This document shows positions 27,244 through 36,229 of a stretch of 64,000 nucleotides of DNA, piece by piece; the first letter of the stretch is position 1; every line of letters starts with the position of its first letter. The DNA lies in IMG/VR virus record IMGVR_UViG_3300032259_000003, positions 1 through 64,000 of that record; one strand, written 5' to 3'. The stretch is from a virus. Taxonomy: Duplodnaviria; Caudoviricetes. Both the position numbers and the translations under genes were made by a program. The notes below the pieces were generated by a model. It saw only the letters and a program-made list of their open reading frames with translations, was not told the DNA's origin and did not search any database.

Positions 27244-28266
27244 TTAGAATAACGGCAATTGGTTGGCTTCCCAATCGGTAGCAATGCGCTTCTCTGCCAT
27301 CGCTATATATTCCGGGTTAACCTCACATCCGATATAATGACGGTTTAGGCATTTAGCCACTAGCCCAACCGTTCCGGCTCCCATGAATGGGTCAATAACT
27401 ACATCGCCGCGTTTACTTCCGGCCTTGATGCAAATCTCGGGTAATTCAGGGGGGAACGTTGCAAAATGCGCACCTTTGTAGCCTTTTGTAGATATGTTCC
27501 ACACAGAACGCTTGTTTGCAAGTGATGGATAATTATATTCATCTCCATTAGCGCGGGCTTGGTGCATCGTGTGTAAGGATTGTCCCTTGTATTCTAAATT
27601 CTTATGGTTGTCGCTTCGTCCTCTTTTGTACCGTTCATCCGTGTTTTCTTTTATCGGTGTTGCTATTGCATCCCTATCATAATAATACTGTGCTGACTTC
27701 GACAATAAGAATATGTATTCATGCGCTTTGGTCGGTCTATCGGTTACGCTCTCCGGCATGGGATTCGGTTTATTCCAAACGTTATCCATTCTTACCCACC
27801 ACCCTGCATCCTGTAGCGCAATCGCTACACGGTGCGGAACTAGCATAAGGTCTTTATTCTTGAAACCCTGAGTTTTTAATGATCTTGTATTTCGTGTTAC
27901 AGATAACCCTTTTGGTATAATGTGTGCCTCTTCATTTTTCCCACCAATGGCAAGCGTTTGCGCTACTCCTTTACAATCTTTATGAGAGGAAAACGAATCA
28001 CCCAAATTGAGCCAGAATACACCGTCAGGTTTTAATACCCGTCTCAATTCCTCGAATATCATAACCAGCTTATCAATGTATTCCTGTAAGGTTGGCTCAA
28101 GACCAAGCTGTCCGCCCACGCCATAATCACGAAGTCCATAGTAAGGGGGACTTGTAACGCAGCATTGCGCGTAATCCGACGGTAATGCCTTCAAGAAGTT
28201 TAGCGCGTCCATGTTGTAAATTTTGTCGTGTAACGTTTTTGTGTGGTGCATTGGTAGTAAATTCAT
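27244..28266 (-). CDS. Orphan DNA amino-methyltransferase (beta class, likely N4-cytosine)
   Basis: TSPPY motif IV precedes DPFMGAGT motif I; HFATFP. Confidence 0.9.
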   Translation of the reverse strand: MNLLPMHHTKTLHDKIYNMDALNFLKALPSDYAQCCVTSPPYYGLRDYGVGGQLGLEPTLQEYIDKLVMIFEELRRVLKPDGVFWLNLGDSFSSHKDCKGVAQTLAIGGKNEEAHIIPKGLSVTRNTRSLKTQGFKNKDLMLVPHRVAIALQDAGWWVRMDNVWNKPNPMPESVTDRPTKAHEYIFLLSKSAQYYYDRDAIATPIKENTDERYKRGRSDNHKNLEYKGQSLHTMHQARANGDEYNYPSLANKRSVWNISTKGYKGAHFATFPPELPEICIKAGSKRGDVVIDPFMGAGTVGLVAKCLNRHYIGCEVNPEYIAMAEKRIATDWEANQLPLF

Positions 28267-30194
28267 GATACTTTATCCTTTAGTGATTGATGCCCGGCAT
28301 ATCCCGGAACAAAATAATATTTAGGGTTATATAGCCATGACTTATCGGGGTCGGTCTCGAATCGCAAGCGGTGCGGTATCATCTCCATAGGGATACGTTT
28401 TACAATTTTGCCGTCTTCAAATGGCCGGTTGCCTACGCTGGCTTTTACAATATCGAGCCAAAAGCAAGGGGTCTCCTGCCATTGCTCATCCTCGGACTGA
28501 CTAAAGACCTGGTTAATCATATAACCGGTGTTGGCCTTATCGAATCGGATATAATTCGCGTCGGTTGCTCTTAGTGGTTTGCCGGCTTCTTTATCGGCTT
28601 GAGCGACTTTGTTAACCTGCGTGGACATGACGATATGCACATTATTCTGTATAGCGAATCGCTTCACATCCTCAAATGCTTGCTCGTATCTATTGATGGC
28701 GGAGTCGCTTGGCTTGGCGTTTAATAGTTGCGCGTAATCAAAGAAGACGATCCATATACGCTGACCCTGAGCGCGTTTGCTCTCTAATACCAATTGCATA
28801 TCGGCTAGGGTCTCGTCAAGCGTGTCCTTCATCTCGAAATAGTCCGTTTTGCCGGTCCAGGCTTGTATCCGCATACGCGCTTCTCCGAGTGCTTCCATGT
28901 GTAACGAGCTTAACTTACGGCCAACCTGCTTCACATTATCTTGCTTCGATCCGAGATAAGCAAAGTGGTCCATCAGTTCCGACAATGTGATAGCGCGCGG
29001 TTTATTATCCACTCTTGATATATAATTGCCGGCATGACGGACCAACGCGCGGCACATCATCTCCGTTTTGCTCCACTCCGGACCCCACCATAGGACATTC
29101 TCCCCGCGCATGTTTAGCCCGTCTTTGATCGTCTCTAAAAATTGCGTTTTGCCGGTCCCTGTACCGCCACCAATTAAAGTGGTTTTGCCCGTAATAAAAT
29201 ATTTGATGGTTCCCTCGAATAAGTGTAGGGCGATGATAGGGTTTAGAATGTATCGTTCTACGATAGGCTTCTCTTCTAGCAATGTGAGGAAGATGCTATC
29301 TAAAATTGCGTCACTAGAATTTGCGCCACTCAAGACCGGGTCGGGTTCGGGCTTCGGGTTCTGTTCGTCTGATAATTTAAGCAATTGTTTGAGACTATCG
29401 CCCTCATATAACTTGCAATAGTCCGCTAGGTCGCCATGCTCCGACAGGGGCATATCCACCAATTCAATCATGGGTATTTGCGCTTTTACCTTTTTGGATA
29501 CCGCCGCGCCTTTGTCATCCTTATCATAGGCGTATAGTATCCGGCCTTGCCACTTCTCACTAAGTTCTGTGAGTAGTTCGGGTTTGATAGCATGTTCTCC
29601 GCCGGTTTGAGCAAAGGCCGGTACACCGTGGTACTGTGCCGATATGGTGCTGATCTCTCCATTGCATAACACAATTACGCCTTTACCCATGGCTATCGCT
29701 TTATCGAGCCAATACCAACACGCCTTATACCCTGGCGATGATATATACTTGTCTTTTTTGCTGCCGTCAGCATTTACAAGGTTATCAAGGAACCGATAAC
29801 GTAGGCCTGTATCGGTCGGATACATGGCGGCTCTCCGGCCCTTATGGGTGCACAATTCCCATTTGGCCGCTTCTAATGCTTTGCCGGGTATGCCGTGATC
29901 CTGCCCTAGTGCATTAAGGTCGATATATTCTTTGGTTGTATCGGTCGCAGGGTGTAAACCGTGTTCGGGTGTCTCAATGCCTAACTTTTTGGCCAGGTCG
30001 TATAGGCTACCCTCATCTTCTCCGGCGTGATACTTAAATGCACCGTGTTCTCCGTCTAACGCGACCGTTATTTTAAATGACATGCTATCTGACCCCGGCT
30101 TGGTTGGATGGTTACATATCCATTGTCCGTTTTGATATTTGAGTGGGCCGCGGCTCTCCAGGTTCGCTTTGATCTTATCCCAGGTTGTCATCAT
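28263..30194 (-). CDS. Primase-helicase fusion (Toprim + SF4/DnaB-like)
   Basis: YAYDKDDKG Toprim acidic motif; GGTGTGKT Walker A; FFDYAQLL Walker B; STQVNK. Confidence 0.8.
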   Translation of the reverse strand: MMTTWDKIKANLESRGPLKYQNGQWICNHPTKPGSDSMSFKITVALDGEHGAFKYHAGEDEGSLYDLAKKLGIETPEHGLHPATDTTKEYIDLNALGQDHGIPGKALEAAKWELCTHKGRRAAMYPTDTGLRYRFLDNLVNADGSKKDKYISSPGYKACWYWLDKAIAMGKGVIVLCNGEISTISAQYHGVPAFAQTGGEHAIKPELLTELSEKWQGRILYAYDKDDKGAAVSKKVKAQIPMIELVDMPLSEHGDLADYCKLYEGDSLKQLLKLSDEQNPKPEPDPVLSGANSSDAILDSIFLTLLEEKPIVERYILNPIIALHLFEGTIKYFITGKTTLIGGGTGTGKTQFLETIKDGLNMRGENVLWWGPEWSKTEMMCRALVRHAGNYISRVDNKPRAITLSELMDHFAYLGSKQDNVKQVGRKLSSLHMEALGEARMRIQAWTGKTDYFEMKDTLDETLADMQLVLESKRAQGQRIWIVFFDYAQLLNAKPSDSAINRYEQAFEDVKRFAIQNNVHIVMSTQVNKVAQADKEAGKPLRATDANYIRFDKANTGYMINQVFSQSEDEQWQETPCFWLDIVKASVGNRPFEDGKIVKRIPMEMIPHRLRFETDPDKSWLYNPKYYFVPGYAGHQSLKDKVS

Positions 30195-30406
30195 TGCCCT
30201 CTCAGGTTGGTTAGTTTGCGGTCAATATGTATCAGTTCGCGGTGTAGCGCGGTCAATACCTGGTTACATTCCCGCGCGGTTACGGGTATGCCTTGAATGG
30301 TTTCCCGCTCTTCTCTGAGTATTTTCCACTCATCAATGAGGCGTTGTGTGTCAGTTTCCCATTGTTCGTAATAGAGAATTGTCGCCATGTTATCATATGC
30401 ACCCAT
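30191..30406 (-). CDS. Hypothetical protein
   Basis: AGGATAAGG RBS; ATGA overlap. Confidence 0.7.
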   Translation of the reverse strand: MGAYDNMATILYYEQWETDTQRLIDEWKILREERETIQGIPVTARECNQVLTALHRELIHIDRKLTNLRGQ

Positions 30407-30411
30407 TGTCC

Positions 30412-31329
30412 TTATCCTGTCGCTAAAATTCGGTTACGGCGTTCAATCTCTTCTTGTGATAGTTTGGGCTTGCTTTTGTTCTCAGCATAAAATTCGTGAT
30501 AATGTTCCCCGAACTTGGTCGCGTCTCTCGGAATAGATACGTCGGGGTATTTTTTTGTATACCACACTTTGAACCGTTTTAGATGTTCCGCGGTACAGTC
30601 CGTGTTATTCGCCTTGTGGATACCACACACTACTTTTTTAACTTTGCCAATTCGCGCTCCAATGGTTTTACGTGTGTCTTTATCCATCGCGTCATACGAC
30701 TCTATATTGTTATTCCATACGGTAGTCAATAACCAGTCAAATACTTCGTTGCGCTTACGTGGTGCTTTTGGTTCGGGCTTGGGGTCTTTACCGTTGCCGA
30801 TGTCCGTTATGCTATCGGCTTGTTGGTCGGAGATGGATTGAGGAACATAGGGTAAAAGCCCCGCGTCGGATTTATCCGACATAGTATTTGTTTTTTCTTT
30901 CTTTACTACCTCTTTATTTTGTACCTCTTTATTTTGTAGTGTGGGGTTTTCCGTGTCCTGGGTTTCCGTAAACGGCTTTCCAGTCAGCGGCTTATAGTCT
31001 GGATTATCGGTCTTTACTTCATAAATGAGGTGGGGTGTGTAGCTCGTAATGCGTTTTGTTTTTTCATCAATGATTTTAGTACGTTCTTTGATGTAGCCAG
31101 CGCTTATCAGCTCTCGAAGGATACGACGGACTTTATCACGGCCACATTGCTGTTGTAAATCAGCTATAATAATGAGCCAATCACTAGGCTGACTCAATAA
31201 ATAACCTAATAACCCGCGCGCCTCAAATGATAAAGTCCTATCTTGCAACATATCACGGCGTATCATTGCATAAGGGTTATCTTTATCGTGCTTTGCTTTT
31301 TTTAGTGTCTCGGTCTTTTTTGTGGTCAT
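30412..31329 (-). CDS. Replication initiator / replisome organizer (N-terminal wHTH)
   Basis: NPYAMI..LSFEARGLLGYLLS..VRRILRELISAGYI; low-complexity linker; upstream of primase-helicase. Confidence 0.75.
   Translation of the reverse strand: MTTKKTETLKKAKHDKDNPYAMIRRDMLQDRTLSFEARGLLGYLLSQPSDWLIIIADLQQQCGRDKVRRILRELISAGYIKERTKIIDEKTKRITSYTPHLIYEVKTDNPDYKPLTGKPFTETQDTENPTLQNKEVQNKEVVKKEKTNTMSDKSDAGLLPYVPQSISDQQADSITDIGNGKDPKPEPKAPRKRNEVFDWLLTTVWNNNIESYDAMDKDTRKTIGARIGKVKKVVCGIHKANNTDCTAEHLKRFKVWYTKKYPDVSIPRDATKFGEHYHEFYAENKSKPKLSQEEIERRNRILATG
30895..30995. repeat. 15-nt periodic array in initiator linker (candidate origin)
   Basis: TACCTCTTTATTTTG x2 at 30907-30936; KPLTG/KPFTE/TQDTE/NPTLQ/NKEVQ/NKEVV periodicity. 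Confidence 0.55.
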
Positions 31330-31331
31330 GA

Positions 31332-31604
31332 CTATTCTTCTCCTTCAAAGTCTGATAAATACCCTGCCTCTGTCAATTCTTTGATAATGCGTTTGGCGAA
31401 GATTTCCGAACTCTGACGCACGATGTCTGCATAACCAATAGGCTGGTCATCTGTCTGGCTCGCTAAATACACCAATACGCCAATCGCTTCAAATGATAGG
31501 CTCTCATCCTGTACTGTTTCCCGACTCAGGATAAAATAGGCTTTACTGGTTCCGTGTTGGTCGCGGATAATATTAACATCTTCGCTCTTTTTGTTCGTTG
31601 CCAT
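31332..31604 (-). CDS. Short paralogue of initiator wHTH domain
   Basis: YFILSRETVQDESLSFEAIGVLVYLAS...IKELTEAGYL mirrors the initiator N-terminus. Confidence 0.7.
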   Translation of the reverse strand: MATNKKSEDVNIIRDQHGTSKAYFILSRETVQDESLSFEAIGVLVYLASQTDDQPIGYADIVRQSSEIFAKRIIKELTEAGYLSDFEGEE

Positions 31605-31628
31605 AACTCAAATACTCCTTGAACTAGT

Positions 31629-31724
31629 AAGCCCTAGTTGCATAGAGTCGGGGTTTGTGTTACACTTGGGGTACTTAAGCATATGCTTCCCTTCCCCGGC
31701 TCTACTTTTCGCGAAGTAGGGCTT
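31629..31724. ncRNA. Candidate structured RNA element (leader or antisense RNA)
   Basis: Nested helices 31629-36/31717-24 and 31643-53/31694-704; competing hairpin 31702-19. Confidence 0.4.
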
Positions 31725-31749
31725 TCACTTTTATTTTGTTGTACCTCTC

Positions 31750-31778
31750 AGTATAACCGAAGTCCTTTTTTGACGCAA
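31750..31778 (-). promoter_or_regulatory. Sigma70-type promoter TTGCGT-17-TATACT for replication genes
   Basis: Spacing counted. Confidence 0.55.
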
Positions 31779-31791
31779 CTAGTTAATGGTG

Positions 31792-32562
31792 TTAGTTTTG
31801 GTCTACTGACTTAAAATAGTCGTTAATTCGCTTGAGTATCTTCTTTGCGTTGCGGTTCCCGTATACCTCGATAAGCCACGTCTCAGGATGTTTGTTACTC
31901 TTAGATGGATTGCAACCTGTATAACCATTAAACCCGTGTCTATTACCACATAATGGGACCATATTCGTCACTACTGTACCCGGACATTCTACGCCTGATA
32001 TTGATGTATCTATTGGTAGCCAATGATCCAATTCGTAGCCTGTGAATAGATCAAATGGCCGCTTACATACCGCGCAAGCGTGGTTAAAGTATTCGAGCAT
32101 CGCCTTACAATGTTCATCGGTAAACGTATCAGGCAATGAGTTTTTGCGAGCGATATAACGTTGGTCGTGTACGCGCATCTTATCTCTATTTTCTTGTCGA
32201 TATTGACGCGCATACTCAGCATAGTATTCTTTATTTTCTTGATAGTGTTGACGCTTATACCCAGCATAGTATTCTTTATTCTCTTGATAGTGTTGACGAT
32301 TATATTCAGCGATAGCATCTTTATTCTCTTGTCGACGTTGACGATCATACTCAGCATAGTATTCTTTATTCTCTTGATAATATTGACGACAACGCTTAGT
32401 GATAGCATCTTTATTCTCTTGATAATATTGACGCTTATGCTCAGCCTCACAAACTTTACACGAGCCCCTTAGCTTACCGGTCTTTTTGCTTCTAAGGCTA
32501 TAATATTCAGTTGTCGCAGGCTTACACTCTCCGCATTTCTTGCATGCCTTGGTTTCAGTCAT
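31792..32562 (-). CDS. HNH endonuclease with N-terminal Zn motifs and helical repeats
   Basis: CKKC/CKVC; CAVC..DHWLP..NMVPLC..CNPSK. Confidence 0.85.
   Translation of the reverse strand: MTETKACKKCGECKPATTEYYSLRSKKTGKLRGSCKVCEAEHKRQYYQENKDAITKRCRQYYQENKEYYAEYDRQRRQENKDAIAEYNRQHYQENKEYYAGYKRQHYQENKEYYAEYARQYRQENRDKMRVHDQRYIARKNSLPDTFTDEHCKAMLEYFNHACAVCKRPFDLFTGYELDHWLPIDTSISGVECPGTVVTNMVPLCGNRHGFNGYTGCNPSKSNKHPETWLIEVYGNRNAKKILKRINDYFKSVDQN
32190..32445. repeat. 45-nt coding tandem repeat (~6 copies; RQYYQENKEYYAEY-like)
   Basis: TCTTTATTCTCTTG recurs every 45 nt. Confidence 0.85.
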
Positions 32563-32607
32563 GTTCGCTCCGTTTTAACTCGTTATGGTGTTAGTTTTGG
32601 TCTTCAT

Positions 32608-32820
32608 TTATTCATTCCCTTCCTCAAATAATGTCGCCGGGTCAACACCTAACACGTTACAGATAGCAATCATTTTACTAACCCGTAACCACGCATCGCC
32701 GCGCTCCAGGTGGGATATGGTTTCCCGTCCATAACCTAGTTGGTCAGCAATGTCCTTTTGCGTGTAGCCGAGTGCTTTGCGTCGTTGTTTGAGTTTGGCA
32801 ATGATGGCTTGCTCATTCAT
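32608..32820 (-). CDS. XRE-family HTH regulator (Cro/CI-like, no peptidase domain)
   Basis: LKQRRKALGYTQKDIADQLGYGRETISHLERG; start reassigned to MNEQ. Confidence 0.9.
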   Translation of the reverse strand: MNEQAIIAKLKQRRKALGYTQKDIADQLGYGRETISHLERGDAWLRVSKMIAICNVLGVDPATLFEEGNE

Positions 32821-33055
32821 GGTCTTCGCGTTCCTTCCATTGCTCATATGAATAATTCCAATCGCTTAATTTGCGCGTGTATTCGATAGTCTGCGGTGTA
32901 GGCTTTATTATATATTTGACATACCATTGGCCGTTAGAATAGAACAAGCTCCGCATGATGTAACGGCGGTCAAAATAGCGATATTCAAACCCGTGTACAA
33001 TTGGCAGCGGGGTCGGTCTACATTCCGAACATTCGCATAATTCGTTATGATTCAT
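32813..33055 (-). CDS. Hypothetical protein
   Basis: CECSEC motif; coupled; start reassigned to MNHN. Confidence 0.6.
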   Translation of the reverse strand: MNHNELCECSECRPTPLPIVHGFEYRYFDRRYIMRSLFYSNGQWYVKYIIKPTPQTIEYTRKLSDWNYSYEQWKEREDHE

Positions 33056-33731
33056 CGTTGGCCTCAACCTCATACACTTTTACGAGATAGGTTTTGCTTG
33101 TGTCTAACCAACCAACAGAATCAGGAATGTCTATTATCTGCGCTCCCCCGTTCAAATCGTCTATTTCATTGGTTATAAACTCTGCAACTAGCGTTGTCTT
33201 CGGCTTCGGTTCGTTGCCGCGTATGTTCACGGCAATGTATCGTTCCAACCAGGCGCAGGTCATAAAATTGTTACCCGCCGCTTTTAGCGCGTCAAGCGCG
33301 GTTTGCATCCCATACTCAGGATTATTGACAATACCATTTAGCGTTTTGAGATGTGAGTATTTAATGACGGTCGGTTCCCCGTCTTCGGTATACAGCAAAG
33401 GCCAACGGATGTTATCCGGCCATGTCCGCACCGTGTGTAGGTAACTTTGTAGTGTCGCCGGTTTTTTGCCGGTCATGTCCGCTATCATTTTGATGTCATC
33501 TGGCGACGGGTTTAATAGGGCTAATATGTCGCCTATAGTCCATTGTGACAACTCGGCTTGTTCTAATAGGTTTTCGATTACCAATTGTGCCGATTCAGTT
33601 AAATAGTCGCCGGCGTTTTGTAATTGGTGCATCACGTCTCTATGGTGTTTTGGCGCGTGGTGGTGTGTTTGTACCTGAGTCACGTTAAATTCGCTATTTT
33701 GCGCGTGTTGGGGTTCAATTTGGGTATTCAT
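33045..33731 (-). CDS. Hypothetical protein, possible LmbU-like DNA-binding domain
   Basis: WTIGD...TLQSY...YSH pattern recalled from that family. Confidence 0.45.
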   Translation of the reverse strand: MNTQIEPQHAQNSEFNVTQVQTHHHAPKHHRDVMHQLQNAGDYLTESAQLVIENLLEQAELSQWTIGDILALLNPSPDDIKMIADMTGKKPATLQSYLHTVRTWPDNIRWPLLYTEDGEPTVIKYSHLKTLNGIVNNPEYGMQTALDALKAAGNNFMTCAWLERYIAVNIRGNEPKPKTTLVAEFITNEIDDLNGGAQIIDIPDSVGWLDTSKTYLVKVYEVEANDES

Positions 33732-34009
33732 TCGTCGGTCGCTCCTATTATATTTAGTGCCTGGTCGATGCTATACACTTTTGGGACCTCATAACCGGTT
33801 TGCTCCAATATGTGAGCGTGTAATTTTTGCTGATAGGGAGTCAACCGTCCGCTTTTGTCTTTAACTTCCATTGCGTAGAGTCCGCCGCGATAGAATACAT
33901 ATAGGTCAATGTTGGTTTCAGCGACCACGACAGCCCCGACTTTTGTCAGGGCTTGAATTATCGCGGGTTCGTTTGCGTCTCGTTTTGCGGCGCGGCGGTG
34001 TTTACTCAT
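33728..34009 (-). CDS. VRR-NUC/PD-(D/E)XK nuclease (resolvase-like)
   Basis: DLYV..AMEVKD..RLTPYQQK; start reassigned to MSKHRRAAKRDANE. Confidence 0.75.
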   Translation of the reverse strand: MSKHRRAAKRDANEPAIIQALTKVGAVVVAETNIDLYVFYRGGLYAMEVKDKSGRLTPYQQKLHAHILEQTGYEVPKVYSIDQALNIIGATDE

Positions 34010-34679
34010 TCTCAACTTCTTTACGTGCGAGTAAATTAGCCTTGACGGTATCAAGCCCGTGCTCAATGGGTTCCGCACCAAATTCATCGGTGTATAACTT
34101 CATAGTATTAACGAGGTGGTTTTCGTGTTGGTATAGGAACCGTATATCAATATCATTTTTGATCTGTTCCCATAGTGCGCCCTTATTGGTCAAGCGTTTT
34201 TCTAGCATCGTTTGCTCCCAATTTTTTGGTTCTATGGGTGTTCCCTTTGTGTATTGGTTTTCTGAGTCGCTCCCGTCAATGTCCGTTTCGTCACGGTCAC
34301 TGATAAGGAAGAGCTTCATTAAAAAATAGCGGTGTGCGTAGGTGGTCGCTTTTCCTATCGCCTTATCATCTAAGTAAGGGCCTTTATTGCCTTTGGCCTC
34401 GATGGGTATTGACTGCGCCCACTGCTGGACAATGACATTTTCCGGCTCGTCAGGGTCTATCAATGTAAACTCATAACTAACCAGGTATAGCGTATCGGTT
34501 ACGGTGATATTGGTCATGGCTGGCAGACAAACTAAGCCAATCTCTGACATATGTTTTCGAGCAACGGTTAGCATAGCGTCAGCTGACACATAGCTATAGT
34601 TCTGATACGTGTTTGTTTTATCGTCTTTAACTGCACCAATGACACTCATAATTTGAACGATTTTACTTGCTACGGACAT
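34002..34679 (-). CDS. erf: ERF-family ssDNA-annealing recombinase
   Basis: NTYQNYSYVS, KAIGKATTYAHRYFL..D.D signature. Confidence 0.8.
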   Translation of the reverse strand: MSVASKIVQIMSVIGAVKDDKTNTYQNYSYVSADAMLTVARKHMSEIGLVCLPAMTNITVTDTLYLVSYEFTLIDPDEPENVIVQQWAQSIPIEAKGNKGPYLDDKAIGKATTYAHRYFLMKLFLISDRDETDIDGSDSENQYTKGTPIEPKNWEQTMLEKRLTNKGALWEQIKNDIDIRFLYQHENHLVNTMKLYTDEFGAEPIEHGLDTVKANLLARKEVENE

Positions 34680-34724
34680 GATCTTATCCTTATTCTAAAA
34701 TGGAATTCCATTATTTTCTGGGGG

Positions 34725-34970
34725 TTACACATAGCTGTCGGGCATAATCTTATATATAGATTCTTCATTTGATCGCTGTTTGCAAATGTGCCGTGTTGTA
34801 CCATTAATTTGAATACTCAGCATATTCGGGTAAACTTCAATTAACTCAATCCGATTTAACTCAATCCAAATTTCCCCAATTACGTCAGTTTCAGAGATGT
34901 AAAGATTGTGTCTTTCTGATCCGCTTTTGCCCTCATTGGAAGCGTATCCATGTATACATTTAACTATCAT
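34725..34970 (-). CDS. Hypothetical protein
   Basis: RBS; in operon. Confidence 0.55.
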   Translation of the reverse strand: MIVKCIHGYASNEGKSGSERHNLYISETDVIGEIWIELNRIELIEVYPNMLSIQINGTTRHICKQRSNEESIYKIMPDSYV

Positions 34971-34987
34971 GTCGTTTTATCCTTATC

Positions 34988-35374
34988 CTAAAATGGGATT
35001 TCGCCACCATCAGCCGGTGGTAAACTTTGGGCCGTGTTGCCGTCGCTCTTGCCTAAAAACTGTACCGAAGTCGCGTTAAGGTCCAAACTGGCTGCGGCTT
35101 CTCCGTTGTTGTTCATATAGGCGCGGGTGGAAACGTTACCGATTGCCATCACCTGAGAGCCTTTTTTAAGGTACGTGTTACACGCCTCAGCCGGTGGACC
35201 GAAGATGGCCACTCGATACCACGTTACGCGTTCCCGTTTCTCATTGGTCGTTTTGTCCGTCCAGGACTCCGAGACCGCTACGCTAAAATTACAGACCGCT
35301 TTGCCGCTCTGCAAATATTTTAACTCCGGGTCGCCGCCCAAATTGCCTACAATAATTGTTTGATGGTAACTCAT
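34988..35374 (-). CDS. ssb: Single-stranded DNA-binding protein
   Basis: IVGNLGGDPELKY, KKGSQV, acidic EIPF tail; start reassigned to MSYHQ. Confidence 0.95.
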   Translation of the reverse strand: MSYHQTIIVGNLGGDPELKYLQSGKAVCNFSVAVSESWTDKTTNEKRERVTWYRVAIFGPPAEACNTYLKKGSQVMAIGNVSTRAYMNNNGEAAASLDLNATSVQFLGKSDGNTAQSLPPADGGEIPF

Positions 35375-35616
35375 GATTGTTCCGTATCCTTCCATATCAT
35401 ACCGATGCCCTGTGAGATAATACCGTGTTGCGCGGCTTTGTCTTTGAACCATTCGTAAGCGGACCATTGCGCCGCGTTCATGCCTAATTCATTCAAAATA
35501 GCGCGTATAGATACATGGTCGCTGGTTAGCTTGCGTATCATATCGCGCTCGGATATATCGGGGTGTTGCTTCATATAATTCTTCCATTGCTGGTTATACG
35601 TTGTTTTTTTTGGCAT
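35371..35616 (-). CDS. Hypothetical protein, first gene of leftward early operon
   Basis: AGGAG RBS just downstream of promoter. Confidence 0.7.
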   Translation of the reverse strand: MPKKTTYNQQWKNYMKQHPDISERDMIRKLTSDHVSIRAILNELGMNAAQWSAYEWFKDKAAQHGIISQGIGMIWKDTEQS

Positions 35617-35646
35617 ACTGGCTCCTATTGACTATCAATATACAAT

Positions 35647-35675
35647 ATTGTATCATATCTATAGTGATAGTGCAA
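35647..35675 (-). promoter_or_regulatory. Leftward early promoter TTGCAC-17-TACAAT (TGn extended)
   Basis: Spacing counted; divergent intergenic region. Confidence 0.8.
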
Positions 35676-35709
35676 TATAGAACAAATTAGAACACAGCAT
35701 GAGAGACAG

Positions 35710-35738
35710 TTGACAAGATACGTAACATGTAGTATACT
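35710..35738 (+). promoter_or_regulatory. Rightward early promoter TTGACA-17-TATACT
   Basis: Near-consensus; spacing counted. Confidence 0.85.
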
Positions 35739-35769
35739 GTAGGTAAGATAAACGATAAAGGATAAGCAA

Positions 35770-36153
35770 ATGACTCAGACAATCCGCTACTATAAAGACG
35801 AAACAACATGCAAAAACTGTGGCCGCCACATTAAAAATGTAGTTGAGGTAGACGGCGTAGAATATGGGATAGTTTGCTGTGATTTATTCATTGATAGCAA
35901 GTCAACAGTACGTAAAATTAAACGCTCCCAATTTGCTGACCTGGTTATGCAGCAGGAACGCGAAGAATTAAAAGCATTACGGTTTGCTTTACTCGACTAT
36001 GCAATAGCAATATTACCAGACGTTTTTGGTAAGCCATCACCATTTTTTAACAAGACATCCACCGACTTAAATACATGGTTGGAAAAACATGGGGACCATA
36101 AAAATGCTTTAGGTGTTATCGCAATCTTGCAATCACGCCTCATTAAATACTAA
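35770..36153 (+). CDS. Hypothetical early protein with Cys cluster
   Basis: CKNC...CC; AAAGGATAAG RBS. Confidence 0.75.
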   Translation: MTQTIRYYKDETTCKNCGRHIKNVVEVDGVEYGIVCCDLFIDSKSTVRKIKRSQFADLVMQQEREELKALRFALLDYAIAILPDVFGKPSPFFNKTSTDLNTWLEKHGDHKNALGVIAILQSRLIKY

Positions 36154-36229
36154 CCACCAACCCACGACAACAACCCAAGCCCGGCTATGCTGGGATTTTG
36201 GGGTAACTGACGATAGAAAGGATAAGATA

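Larger units (their letters stand above)
31786..32603. mobile_element. HNH cassette bounded by 19-bp direct repeats
   Basis: ATGGTGTTAGTTTTGGTCT at 31786-31804 and 32585-32603. Confidence 0.6.

Noticed and set aside
32010-32472. Repetitive hydrophobic ORFs overlapping the HNH gene
   Set aside because: Alternative-frame and antisense shadows of the 45-nt coding repeat.
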